Counted from the stretch's first letter, positions 29,675-39,721 are shown. The stretch: 64,000 bases of DNA from an uncultured delta proteobacterium (GCA_963767925.1 CAVYGB010000006.1:224001-288000); one strand, 5' to 3'. Notes: generated by a model from the sequence alone, not told the origin. Made by a program: numbers and translations.

Positions 29675-31642
29675 TCACGATGCCTTGCTGCCGAGAACGT
29701 CGGCCAGCAACGAATCGACCTCCGCTTCGCTCATCTGCTGAACCTTCGCGGGCTGGCTCCCCTCCCCGCCGCCCCTCACCGGCGCGAGATGGGGCTCCTT
29801 GCCGAGGTGTGCGCCCGGGGCCCGGCGTTCCTCGATGTTGCGGGAGAGCTGCTCGACGGTGGGACATTCGAACAGCGTAGCCAGTGGGACGTCCACATCG
29901 AAACGGGCAGCCAGCCGGGAGATGAGCCCCATCGCCAGCAAGGAGTGGCCGCCGAGTTGAAAGAACTCCTCGTTGACCCCGACCTTCTCCAGGCCGAGCA
30001 CCTCGGCGAACAGCCGGGCCACCTCGCCTTCCATCTCGGTCCGGGGCGCGATCGGATCGACGCCCTGGGCTCGAGTCTGTTCCGGTGCCGGCAACGCCTT
30101 GCGATCGATCTTGCCCGTGGATGTCCGGGGTAGTCGGTCGAGCTTGACGAAGGTGGAGGGCACCATGGAATCGGGCAGGACCTCGGCGACCGCCTGACGA
30201 AGCTTCGCGATCGACAGCTCCGGGTCGGACACCACGTACGCACAGAGGTAGCTGTTGCCCAACCGATCAGACCGGCTCACCGCGACCGCCTCTGCCGCCA
30301 GACCGGTGGCCAGGATGGCGCTCTCCACCTCCGCCAGCTCCACCCGGACGCCCCGGATCTTCACCTGTTGATCTTTGCGGCCGAGAAATTCGATGCTGCC
30401 ATCATCCAGCCGTCGTCCCAGATCTCCGGTTCGGTAGACGATGTCCTTGGGATTCCGGGTCATGGGGTTGGCCACGAAGACCTGATCGGTCAGCTGAGGC
30501 TCGTTGTAGTAGCCCAGCGAACGATAGTCGGTGCGGATGTAGATTTCCCCCATCTCCCCCAGCTGCGCGGGCCGTCCAGCCTCGTCCAGGACGAGAGCCT
30601 TGGCTCCGGCCATCGGCCGGCCAACCGGGATGGACCGGCCAGCAGCGTCCTCTGGCTGGACGATATGAAAAAGCTTCACCATGGTGGTCTCGGTGGGCCC
30701 GTAGAGGTTGACCAGACGGATCCGGTCGCCGAAGACCTGCCGCCAGCGCTGCACATCGGCCGGCAAGAGGGGCTCACCGGCCATCAACACATAGCGAAGC
30801 GCCGGAAACAGCTCGGGCTTCAATTCCTCGGCAAGCATGGTTCGGAACAACGAGGGCACGCAATGGACGATCTCGACCCTGGCCTCGTCCAGCCAGCGGA
30901 TGAGTCTCTTGGGATCGAGCACGTCCTCCGGGCTGTCGGGCACGCAAAGCGTGCCTCCCACACATAGGGGCGTGAAGGCATCCCGGAGAAATGCGTCGAA
31001 CACCAGCGACGTGAGCTGGCTGACCCGCGTCCCCGGCTTGACATCGAAGGTCTCGGCCTCCCACCGCACGAAGTGGTCGATGGCCTTCATGCGACCGGCG
31101 ATCGCCTTCGGTCGGCCGGTGGAGCCGGAGGTAAAGTAGATGTAACACATGTCGTCTGGCTCGGAGACCAGCGAGGGCGCTGCGCTCCCGTTCTCGATTC
31201 CGCCCTCCGTGTTGACGGGGGTGAAGGCGGGGAAGCCCTCGCCGGGCTCGTCCTGATCCACCGGAACGACGGGGGCGGAGCCGCCCAGCTTGCTCGCCAG
31301 CAGGGGCAAGACACGCCTCTCTGTCAGGATCGCCGCCGGCGGAACCCGCTCGAGCAGGGCGCGCAGCCTGCCCTCGGGCTGGTGGGGATCGATGGGCACG
31401 AAGATCGCCCCGATCTTGAGGACGCCGAGGATCGAGGGGACGGCGGCGAAACAGGTCTCGGCGGCCACATAGACCTTGGCCTCGGGCTGGATGCCCGACT
31501 GAAGCAAGTAGTTGCCGATGTTGTTGGACCAGGCGTCCAGCTCGGCGTAGCGGATCTGGCGCCCGGCGCTGACCAGCGCCGGAGCGGTCGGCCGCTCCGC
31601 GGCCACTTGTTCAAACATTTCGTGCACGAATGGCTGCCGCAT
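29675..31642 (-). CDS. Stand-alone NRPS A-T didomain, code DARHLALMVK (acidic substrate, Asp-like)
   Basis: YFTSGSTGRPK, NLYGPTE, YRTGD, GGHSL carrier; no C domain; C-terminal MSEAEVDSLLADVL helix. Confidence 0.93.
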   Translation of the reverse strand: MRQPFVHEMFEQVAAERPTAPALVSAGRQIRYAELDAWSNNIGNYLLQSGIQPEAKVYVAAETCFAAVPSILGVLKIGAIFVPIDPHQPEGRLRALLERVPPAAILTERRVLPLLASKLGGSAPVVPVDQDEPGEGFPAFTPVNTEGGIENGSAAPSLVSEPDDMCYIYFTSGSTGRPKAIAGRMKAIDHFVRWEAETFDVKPGTRVSQLTSLVFDAFLRDAFTPLCVGGTLCVPDSPEDVLDPKRLIRWLDEARVEIVHCVPSLFRTMLAEELKPELFPALRYVLMAGEPLLPADVQRWRQVFGDRIRLVNLYGPTETTMVKLFHIVQPEDAAGRSIPVGRPMAGAKALVLDEAGRPAQLGEMGEIYIRTDYRSLGYYNEPQLTDQVFVANPMTRNPKDIVYRTGDLGRRLDDGSIEFLGRKDQQVKIRGVRVELAEVESAILATGLAAEAVAVSRSDRLGNSYLCAYVVSDPELSIAKLRQAVAEVLPDSMVPSTFVKLDRLPRTSTGKIDRKALPAPEQTRAQGVDPIAPRTEMEGEVARLFAEVLGLEKVGVNEEFFQLGGHSLLAMGLISRLAARFDVDVPLATLFECPTVEQLSRNIEERRAPGAHLGKEPHLAPVRGGGEGSQPAKVQQMSEAEVDSLLADVLGSKAS

Positions 31643-31653
31643 GTGTGTTCTCC

Positions 31654-33412
31654 CTATTCCGCTGCCGGCTGCTGGTACGTCTTGACCACATCTATCCGCT
31701 CGACCAGCGTCGAGAGCGGCACATCCGGGTGATCGGCGGCCAGCCTCACGACCCGCTGATAGTCCTCGAGCAGCTCGAGCGCTGTCGCTCGGCTGTAGAG
31801 ATCGGTGTTGTATTCCAGCATCAAGAGCAGCTGCTCTGGCGATTCACTGACGAACAGGGTCAGATCGTACTTCGCCCGCCGGACCGACATGTTCATCGGA
31901 GAGAAGGTGACCCCGTCGAACTCCAGCTTCATCGGCACGTTCAGCAGGTCGAATACCACCTGAAACACCGGGGTACGGCTGGAGTCCCGCGGGGGCCGCA
32001 GCTCTTCCACGAGCCGCTGGAAGGGCAACTCCGCGTGGTTGAAGGCGTCGACCATGGTCCGACGCACGCGCTTTATCACCTCGATGAAAGTCGGATCACC
32101 CGAGAGGTTCGTGCGGAGCACCAGCTCGTTGACGAAGCACCCGATGAGCCGGGCGGTCTCGGAGCGATCCCGATTCGCGAAGTCCGTTCCCACCAGCAAG
32201 TCCCGCCGTCCCGTGCGAACGTGCAGCATGACGTTGAAGGCGGCGAACAGCGTCATGAACAGGGTGGCTTGCTCGGCTCGGGCCAGGTCGCGTACCCGTT
32301 CAAACATCCGGCGGTCGACCAGCACCTTCTCGACCGCACCGTTCGCCGTGCGAATCTTCGGGCGCGGCTTTTCGAGTGAAACCTCGAGGGTGAAAGGAGC
32401 CCCTGCCAGCTTGCGCTTCCAGTATTCGACCTCGGCGGCGACAGCGGCAGGCGTCAGCGTCCGGACCTGCCACTCGGCGTAGTCGGCGTACTGTACCGTC
32501 AAGCCCGGGAGCAGGGAGGTGTCACCCTTGCTCGCGAACAGCACCCCCAGCTCTTCCAGAAAGACACCCACCGACCATTCGTCCCCGATGATGTGATGCA
32601 GGGTGAGCAGAAGAAGCCGCTCGTCCGGCGCGGTACGAAAGCTGTTGATCCGCAGCAGCGGACCGGACGTCAGATCGAAGGGCCGCACCGCCTCGGCCAC
32701 GAGGGCGGCCATCACCGCCTCATCGCGCTCCGACGGCGGTACCTCCTCAAAGCTCCGTTCGGCGATGGCGATCTCCCGGCTCGGGGCGATGATCTGCAGC
32801 GGACCGGCCGGGCCCTCCACGAAATTGGTCCGGAGGATCTCGTGGCGGGCGATGATGGCGTTGACACATGCCTGCAGCCGCTGCAGATCCAGGGGCCCGG
32901 TTGCGCATACGCCGGTGGCGATGTTGTGGGTGCCCGACCCAGGCGCCAGCTTCTCCATGAACCACAGGCCGCGCTGGGCGTACGAGAGCTCGGCGGTCAC
33001 CGCCCCCTCGACCGACGGGGCCAGCAGCCGCTCGAGCAGCAGCCTGCGTTGAGGCCCGGTGAGGACCGGCACACGCTCCCGCAGCCGGGCGAGGCTTGCC
33101 GTCCCGTCCGCCCTGAGGAGGTGACCGAGCTCGGCGGTCACCTGGTCATCCCCGAGCGACGCCACGCGGGCGCGATGCAGGTCTCGTGCGTCTACCCGCG
33201 GGCGGGCCTGGATCTTGGGTCGAGCGCCCCCTGCTCCTCCGTCCAGCTCCTGCAACCGCCGGAGCAGGGTCTCCTTCTGACCGCGCGTCAACCGGGACAG
33301 TCGATTCTTGCAGTCCGGAGAGCTGGGGGAGGTCGACGAGGATCTGGGCGATCCGGACGTCGAGATCCCCGTCCTTCGGCGGCCCGGCGACGGCTTCGCT
33401 CGAAGCACTCAT
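31654..33412 (-). CDS. Stand-alone condensation domain with extended docking-like N-terminus (probable 1-nt frameshift near 33305-33330)
   Basis: LSYAQRGLWF, RHEILRT, HHIIGDEWS, AKYDLTL. ATG at 33412 overlaps the upstream stop but is out of frame with the main ORF, which opens at GTG 33408. Confidence 0.85.
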
Positions 33413-35322
33413 CCCGCCGCCTTGGCGCTGAGCACGTCGGCCAGCAAGGAGTCGACGTCGGCGTCTGTCATCTGGTTGCCCTTGTCGGTCGCCCCACCCG
33501 GTGCTCCTGGCTGGAGCGGCTGGGCGCCGTCGTTCGCCGGCTCGGCCCGACGCCTCTCCTCTATCACGCGAACCACCTGCTCCACGGCGGGAAACTCGAA
33601 CAAGGTTGCCAGCGGCAGCTCCACCTCGAAATGAGTGGAGAGGCGGGCGAGGAGGCTCATCGCCAGCAAGGAGTGTCCCCCCATGCGGAAGAAGTCCTCG
33701 TTCACGCCTATCGAGTCCCGCCCCAGCACCTCGGCGAAGATGCGGGCCGCGTCCGCTTCAGCCCGGTTGCGGGGGCTGATGGGATCGACGTTGCTGCTCG
33801 TCTGCTCTGGCGCGGGGAGGGACTTCCGGTCGATCTTCCCCGTCGCGGTGCGAGGCAGCCAGTCGAGCTCGACGAAGGCGGAGGGGACGAGGTGGTCGGG
33901 CAAGCTGGCCGAGATGGCCTGGCGTACCTTCTCGATCGACCCCTCCTCGCTGGGCACGAGGTAGGCGCACAGGAAGGCGCTGCCCTGGCGGTCGGCGCGT
34001 CCCACCGCCGCCACCTCCTTCACCAGCCCCGTCGCGAGAATGGCGCTCTCGATCTCGCCGAGCTCCACCCGCACGCCGCGGATCTTGACTTGCTGGTCGC
34101 GGCGTCCGATGAACTCCAGGCTGCCATCTTCGAGCACCCGCCCGAGATCGCCCGTCCGGTAGACGATGTCGTCGGGTTCGTCGCCCAAGGGATTGGGCAC
34201 GAACACCTGTTCGGTCAACTCGGGGTTGTTGAAGTACCCCAGGGTGGCAAAGTCGGTCTTGATGTAGATCTCACCTACCGTCCCCTGCTCGGCGGGACCT
34301 CCCGCATCGTCCAGGACGAGCACGCTGGCTCCCGGCATGGCTCGACCGATCGGGACCGAACGGCGAACCCCGTCCTCGGGCCGGACCCGATGAAACAGCT
34401 TCACCATGGTGGTTTCGGTTGGCCCGTAGAGGTTCACGAGCCGGACGCGATCTCCGAACACCTGCGTCCAGCGCTGGACGTCGCTGGGCAGCAGGGGCTC
34501 GCCTGCCAGGGCGACGTGGCGAAGGGCCGGAAACAGGTCCGGGCGGAGAGGCTCCGCCAGGATGGTGCGAAAGAGCGAGGGAACCGCGTGCACGATCTCG
34601 ATCCGGGTCCCGTCGAGCCAGGCGACGAGGCGCCTGGGATCGAGTACGGTTTCGCGGCTCTCCGGAACGCACATGGTCCCACCGGCACACAGCGCCGTGA
34701 AGGTGTCGCGCAGGAATGCGTCGAACACGAAGGAGGTGAGCTGGGATACCCGGGTCCCTGGCCCCACGGCGAGCGCCTCCATCTCCCAGCGGACGAAGTG
34801 GTCGATGCTCTTGAGCCGGCCAGCGATCGCCTTCGGCCGGCCAGTAGAACCCGAGGTAAAGTAGACGTAACACATGTCCTCCGGCTCCGAGACGCCGGGA
34901 GGCGACTGCTCCGACCCGCGGGCGGCGCTCAGCTCGATGCCAACCACGGGCACGTCGCTCCTCCCCACCTTCTCGTGGACCGCTGCCCGCAGAGGCTCAG
35001 CGGCCAGAACGAAGGCGGGGGCGACCTGGGCGGTGAGGGCCCGGATCCGTGCCGCTGGTTGCTGGAGGTCGACGGGAACGAACACCGCGCCGATCTTGAG
35101 CGTGGCGAGCATCGAGGCCACCGCCGAGGGCGTGTTTGCCGCGGCCACGTATACGAGGGCGCCTTTGCGGGCTCCTCGGTCCAGGAGATCGTTTCCCAGC
35201 TGGTTCGACCACAGGTCGAGCTGCCGGTAGCTGAGCTCCTGCTGTCCGCTCAGGATGGCCGCCCGGTCGGGGTGGGCGAGGGCCGCCCGCTGGAACATCT
35301 CATGCACAAATGGTAGCCGCAT
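33409..35322 (-). CDS. Stand-alone NRPS A-T didomain, code DARHAALMVK; paralog of 29675-31642
   Basis: Same core motifs; shared DMCYxYFTSGSTGRPKAIAGR and NLYGPTETTMVKLFH; C-terminal MTDADVDSLLADVL. Confidence 0.93.
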   Translation of the reverse strand: MRLPFVHEMFQRAALAHPDRAAILSGQQELSYRQLDLWSNQLGNDLLDRGARKGALVYVAAANTPSAVASMLATLKIGAVFVPVDLQQPAARIRALTAQVAPAFVLAAEPLRAAVHEKVGRSDVPVVGIELSAARGSEQSPPGVSEPEDMCYVYFTSGSTGRPKAIAGRLKSIDHFVRWEMEALAVGPGTRVSQLTSFVFDAFLRDTFTALCAGGTMCVPESRETVLDPRRLVAWLDGTRIEIVHAVPSLFRTILAEPLRPDLFPALRHVALAGEPLLPSDVQRWTQVFGDRVRLVNLYGPTETTMVKLFHRVRPEDGVRRSVPIGRAMPGASVLVLDDAGGPAEQGTVGEIYIKTDFATLGYFNNPELTEQVFVPNPLGDEPDDIVYRTGDLGRVLEDGSLEFIGRRDQQVKIRGVRVELGEIESAILATGLVKEVAAVGRADRQGSAFLCAYLVPSEEGSIEKVRQAISASLPDHLVPSAFVELDWLPRTATGKIDRKSLPAPEQTSSNVDPISPRNRAEADAARIFAEVLGRDSIGVNEDFFRMGGHSLLAMSLLARLSTHFEVELPLATLFEFPAVEQVVRVIEERRRAEPANDGAQPLQPGAPGGATDKGNQMTDADVDSLLADVLSAKAAG

Positions 35323-36031
35323 TCTCTTCCTCCGCGGTTCGCCGAGCTATGGCAGACAAAGGATCGATGACCTCGAACTGCTGATTGAGGGCCGTCAGAC
35401 CGGCGCTCTCCCGAGAGAGCAGGTGAAGCTCCGTGCAGCCGGCGATGATTCCTCGCACCTGGTGCCGCACCGCAAGCTCCTGCACGACCCGTTCGAGCAC
35501 CTCCGTCTGGTGCTCGCGCTTGACCCGATAGATGGCCTGGTGCAGGCGCTCCTGCTCTTCCTCCGAGAGCTCGGCGATCCGCTCGCGGGAGCGGCGCCAG
35601 GCCGGATGATCGTGGAACAACCTCAGCTTCCTGGCGCCCGTGGTGCAAGCCAGCAGCACCCGCTGGTCGAACCGCAGCAACTCTTCGAAGACTGTGTCGA
35701 CCAGGGAGACCACCCGCCGGCGCAGGTCCGCCCTCACCAGGGGCAACAGGTGGTGCATGGTGACGCAGCAGATCACGACCTGTTCGGCCCCCTGGGCGAG
35801 CAGGCTTCCGATGCCTCCCTCCAGATCACGAAGCAGCGGCCGGTGATCGCCTCCGTTGAGGAACGTCGCCGTGCGATCCCCGATCTTGGGGTTCGAGTTG
35901 AGCAAGACGATCGGCGAGTCCTGCTCGATGCGGCCCCGGTACATCCCGTAGATGGTTCGTACGAACGCGGCCGACGCCAGCGGCCCCATGCCGCCGAGCA
36001 CGCCTATGGGCGACACCTGTGATTGCCTCAT
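35300..36031 (-). CDS. Aspartate/glutamate racemase
   Basis: IGVLGGMGPLAS, DRT, both catalytic Cys motifs (ICCVT, AGCTE), VIDP. Confidence 0.9.
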   Translation of the reverse strand: MRQSQVSPIGVLGGMGPLASAAFVRTIYGMYRGRIEQDSPIVLLNSNPKIGDRTATFLNGGDHRPLLRDLEGGIGSLLAQGAEQVVICCVTMHHLLPLVRADLRRRVVSLVDTVFEELLRFDQRVLLACTTGARKLRLFHDHPAWRRSRERIAELSEEEQERLHQAIYRVKREHQTEVLERVVQELAVRHQVRGIIAGCTELHLLSRESAGLTALNQQFEVIDPLSAIARRTAEEENAATICA

Positions 36032-36049
36032 TTTGCCCTCTCCTCCTGT

Positions 36050-37030
36050 CTACTGGCCGGTCATCGCCACGAGCACCTTGCGGTCGCCCTTGAAAGGCAT
36101 CCGACCGTGGGCCACCAGCATGTTGTCCACCATCAGAAAGTCTCCGGGGCGCCAGGGGAAGCGAGTCATCTGCGCGCGGGTGGTCTCGCGGATGGCGGCC
36201 AGGTCCTCGATCGGTATCTTGCCGCCGTCACCAAAGAAGGCGTTCTGGGGAAAGAGCTCCTCCCGTCCCTGGTAAAGAACGAGCATCGACTCGTAGATCG
36301 CCCGAGGGTGGGTCGACGGATGAAATTGATCGGCCTGGTTGAACCAGACCTCCTCCCCGGTCAGCGGATGAAGTGCGGTAGCCGGACGGACAGAGGACAG
36401 GCGAACCGCCCCTTCGGCCAGCCACTCGAGCGTCATCCCAGAGGCCCGGGCGTAATGCTCGATGTCCGACCGCGCTTCTGTCTGGAAGGTCTTCTGCCAG
36501 GAGGGTCCGAACCCCTTGCCCCCATGCATGTGACGGACGTAGCGGACACCTCTGCTCCGGAACCTCTCGAGGAGCGGCGCCGGCAGCGCCTTCAGCAAAC
36601 CCCGGCTGTCCACCAGCGGCGTCTCTCCGCCCTCTGGCGGCGCCTGGACGCAGCAGAAGAACAGCCGGCGGGGCCAGGAGCCCGAGTAGGAGAGCTCGTT
36701 GTGCAGAGAGATGAAGTAGCTGGCGGGGTATTCGGTCGACGTGTAGACGCCGGCCCCCACCTTGGTGCGGGGCGAGTTGCCGTCGACGTAGTCCAGGGTC
36801 TCCCGCTTGAGGTCAGCCATCACCTGCCCGAAGACCTCCGCCTCGCCCACCTGGAAGCCCCGGAACAGGATCGCCCCGTGCTGGTACAGACACGGGTCGA
36901 GACGCTCATCCTCCCGGAACAGTCGCAGGAGACTCTCGCGACCGTCAGGACGGTTGGCGCCGTCCAGCTCGATGACGAAGGGAAGTGCGCGCGCTGGCGT
37001 CGCCTGCTTCGCCGCCTGGAGCATCGTCAT
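36050..37030 (-). CDS. Stand-alone TauD/SyrP-like Fe(II)/2-oxoglutarate dioxygenase
   Basis: GAILFRGF, VYTSTEYP, HNE iron ligands, GGETP, DNMLVAHGR. Confidence 0.93.
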   Translation of the reverse strand: MTMLQAAKQATPARALPFVIELDGANRPDGRESLLRLFREDERLDPCLYQHGAILFRGFQVGEAEVFGQVMADLKRETLDYVDGNSPRTKVGAGVYTSTEYPASYFISLHNELSYSGSWPRRLFFCCVQAPPEGGETPLVDSRGLLKALPAPLLERFRSRGVRYVRHMHGGKGFGPSWQKTFQTEARSDIEHYARASGMTLEWLAEGAVRLSSVRPATALHPLTGEEVWFNQADQFHPSTHPRAIYESMLVLYQGREELFPQNAFFGDGGKIPIEDLAAIRETTRAQMTRFPWRPGDFLMVDNMLVAHGRMPFKGDRKVLVAMTGQ

Positions 37031-37033
37031 GAC

Positions 37034-38902
37034 CTAGGCGAGCTCCGGCATGGAGAAGATCTCCTGAAAGAGCCCGAAGGTCGCGACCACCATCAGCCAG
37101 TCGCTCTCGAAGGGCTGCTTCAGCCGGAAGTTTGGCGCGGAGTACTGGCGCTTGAGCGTCTCGATGAAACCAGGGTCGAAGTAGCCCTGCCGACGGATGG
37201 TGGCCGGCGACAACATGTCATGGATCCACTCGACTCCCTGTTGCAGCATCTCCGGGCTTCCGGGGGCGTACCAGCCGAACTTCTCCCGGCGCTGGATGGC
37301 CTCGGGGAGCACGTCCTTGCCCATCCGCCGCAGGAGATACTTCTCGGTATAGCCACGCAGCTTCAGGTTCGGAGGAATCTTCCGGGCGTATTCGATGAAT
37401 CCGATGTCGAGGAAGGGGTATCGAGCTTCGACGGAGTTTGCCAGTGCCATCGCGTCCCCGTGATCCATGAGGAGGTGGTCGGCCATCCTGAGCTTGAAGT
37501 CGAGGTAGGATCGCTGGTGCACCGGGTGGCGGCCCACGATCCGATCCTTCCGGACCAGGGGGTGTTGCAGGCAGTTGAACTGAGGAAAGGCGCCTTGCAC
37601 CTCCCGGGAGTAGAGCAGTGGCCGCCGCTGCTGGTCGTCGTAGTAGTCGAGCTCGTAGTGGACGTTGGCGTCACCCCAGAGCGCCTCCCGCATCCTCTCC
37701 TCGACCAGCTCGCCGGGTTGGGCGTTGCCCAGGGCCCGTTCGGTCCGGGCCCGGTCGAATCGATAGCCAACGTAGCCGGCGAAGAGCTCATCTGCCCCTT
37801 CTCCGGTCAAGATGACCTTTATCCCCTCCGCCCGGGCGGCCCGCGAGAGCTCCATGGAGCAGGTGTTGTAGGTCTCCTTTACCGGACACTCGGCGTGATA
37901 GATCATGGGTCGCATCAGACTGGCCGCCCGGTTCCAGTCGAAGCGCGCGCTGTGCAACTGGCAACCCACCTGGTCGGCCATGAGCTGCTGGAATCGCTGC
38001 TCGTCGGCGCGCTGGTCGGCGAAGGTGATCGAGAAGGCGTGGCGGCCAAGGCCTGGCTCGATCTGGCTGATGAAGGCGGCCGTGAGCGATGAGTCCAGCC
38101 CCCCGCTAAGATAGAAGCCGACCGGCACGTCGGCCTGCAGGCGATAACGAACCGAGCGGGTGAATGCCTCGGTCAAGCCCTCGAGATACTTCTCCTCGGG
38201 TTCATCGGGCTGATCGGCCGCCGCGGGGTAGTCCAGGTCCCAGTACTCGTGATCCTGGACTCCCTGGGCGTCGACAAGCAGGTAGTGTCCGGGAGCGAGC
38301 CGCTGAATCCCCTTGAAGACGGTGCGCGGGCTGACCAGCCCCGGAAAGGTCAGGATCTGGTCGAGGCCGGTCAGGTCCACCTCCCGCGAAACCGCGGGGT
38401 GCTTCAAGATGGCCTTTATCTCCGAGCCGAACACGAAGGTCCCCTTGGCGGTCGTGAAATGCAGGGGCGCGATGCCGACGTGATCGCGGGCCAACATCAA
38501 CCGCCGCCGGGTGCGATCCAGCAGGGCAAAAGCGAACTGTCCGTTGAGCTTTCGCACCATCTCGGGTCCGTGCTCTTCATAGAGATGGACCAGCACCTCC
38601 ACGTCGCACTGGCTGCGGAACCTGTGACCGCGGGCCTCCAGCTCCGCGCGCAGCTCCTTGTAGTTGTAGATCTCGCCGTTACAGACCACGGCCACCGACT
38701 CGTCTTCATTGAACAGCGGCTGGTCGCCGGTGGTCAGGTCGATGATGGCCAGACGACGAAAGCCCAGGGCCACGTAGGTGTCCTGAAAGGACCCGTCCGC
38801 GTCAGGCCCGCGATGTCGGAGGGTCTCGGCCATCCGTCCGATCAAGGAGGGGTCGGATCGAGCACCGGTGCCCATATCGAAGTATCCAGCAATTCCGCAC
38901 AT
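37034..38902 (-). CDS. asnB: Asparagine synthase (glutamine-hydrolysing) / amidotransferase
   Basis: N-terminal MCGIAG, HRGPD, RRLAIID, NGEIYN, LSGGLDSS, TGEGADELFAGY. Confidence 0.95.
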   Translation of the reverse strand: MCGIAGYFDMGTGARSDPSLIGRMAETLRHRGPDADGSFQDTYVALGFRRLAIIDLTTGDQPLFNEDESVAVVCNGEIYNYKELRAELEARGHRFRSQCDVEVLVHLYEEHGPEMVRKLNGQFAFALLDRTRRRLMLARDHVGIAPLHFTTAKGTFVFGSEIKAILKHPAVSREVDLTGLDQILTFPGLVSPRTVFKGIQRLAPGHYLLVDAQGVQDHEYWDLDYPAAADQPDEPEEKYLEGLTEAFTRSVRYRLQADVPVGFYLSGGLDSSLTAAFISQIEPGLGRHAFSITFADQRADEQRFQQLMADQVGCQLHSARFDWNRAASLMRPMIYHAECPVKETYNTCSMELSRAARAEGIKVILTGEGADELFAGYVGYRFDRARTERALGNAQPGELVEERMREALWGDANVHYELDYYDDQQRRPLLYSREVQGAFPQFNCLQHPLVRKDRIVGRHPVHQRSYLDFKLRMADHLLMDHGDAMALANSVEARYPFLDIGFIEYARKIPPNLKLRGYTEKYLLRRMGKDVLPEAIQRREKFGWYAPGSPEMLQQGVEWIHDMLSPATIRRQGYFDPGFIETLKRQYSAPNFRLKQPFESDWLMVVATFGLFQEIFSMPELA

Positions 38903-38919
38903 GACTTCTCCTGACTCCG

Positions 38920-39471
38920 TCAGACGGCGATGGCCCGGCGGAGCTCCGCCCCTTGCCGGCAGAGGTCGGGGAGCAGCTCGAGTTGCTCCGCTTTCACTTC
39001 CGCTGCCACCGCCCGCTGAAGCATGGTCACCGAAACGATCACCCGGAGCCGCTCCCGAGTCGCGAGCAGGACCCCCTCGAGACCGGCGAGCGGGCCGGCG
39101 ATCACCCGCACCCGCTGGCCGACCCGCAGGGAGGCGGGCTCGGCGGGTACGCCCAGCTCGACGATCCGGCGAACCGCCTCCACCTCCGCCTCGGGGACGG
39201 CGAGGGGAGCATTGTTGACGCCCAGCAAGCGAATAACGCCGTTGACCTGGATTATCCGGTGAGGGTTGTCTTTGGCGTAACGGCAGAACAGATATCCCGG
39301 AAACAGCGGCAGGCGGGCTCGCTCGTTCCCGAGGGCGCCGCGCGGGCGGTACAGCGGCAGGAACTGTTCGTAGCCATGGCGGCTGAGCTGTGTGGCGACG
39401 ACCCTTTCGTAGTTGGTGCGGACCAGAACCGCTATCCAATCACCTTCGCGGCAGCTACGTGAATTCAGCAT
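38920..39471 (-). CDS. NusG paralog (RfaH/UpxY/LoaP/TaA-like antiterminator)
   Basis: NGN domain WIAVLVRTNYE..FLP..PLFPGYLF; KOW GQRVRVIAGPLAGLEG. Confidence 0.9.
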   Translation of the reverse strand: MLNSRSCREGDWIAVLVRTNYERVVATQLSRHGYEQFLPLYRPRGALGNERARLPLFPGYLFCRYAKDNPHRIIQVNGVIRLLGVNNAPLAVPEAEVEAVRRIVELGVPAEPASLRVGQRVRVIAGPLAGLEGVLLATRERLRVIVSVTMLQRAVAAEVKAEQLELLPDLCRQGAELRRAIAV

Positions 39472-39536
39472 GTCTTTCCCCACTGTTTCTCCGAGGAGTC
39501 TCGCCGCAGCCCTCTCCTCCGCCTGAGTCAGGAAGG

Positions 39537-39548
39537 CAGGCTGCCGCC
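39537..39548 (-). promoter_or_regulatory. ops-like pause element in the leader of the NusG paralog
   Basis: Minus strand GGCGGCAGCCTG versus RfaH ops consensus GGCGGTAGnnTG (one mismatch), about 65 nt before the start codon. Confidence 0.3.
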
Positions 39549-39721
39549 ACATCGAGCGACCGCGCGAGTGCCGCTGACATCGCAGCACCGATTCGCCGAG
39601 AGGCTCGCGGCGGCCTCGCTGACGTCCAGTCGCTTCGGAGACAATGGCAGAGGGGAAAGAAGCGAGCACGTCTGCATTTTCGATACGCGGTTTACCGAAG
39701 CGCCCGAGCGCAAGCCCGACC

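Noticed and set aside
29675..38902. Identification as a microcystin or cystobactamid cluster
   Set aside because: Only individual parts resemble them; no Adda-type PKS or p-aminobenzoate genes, and the architecture differs.
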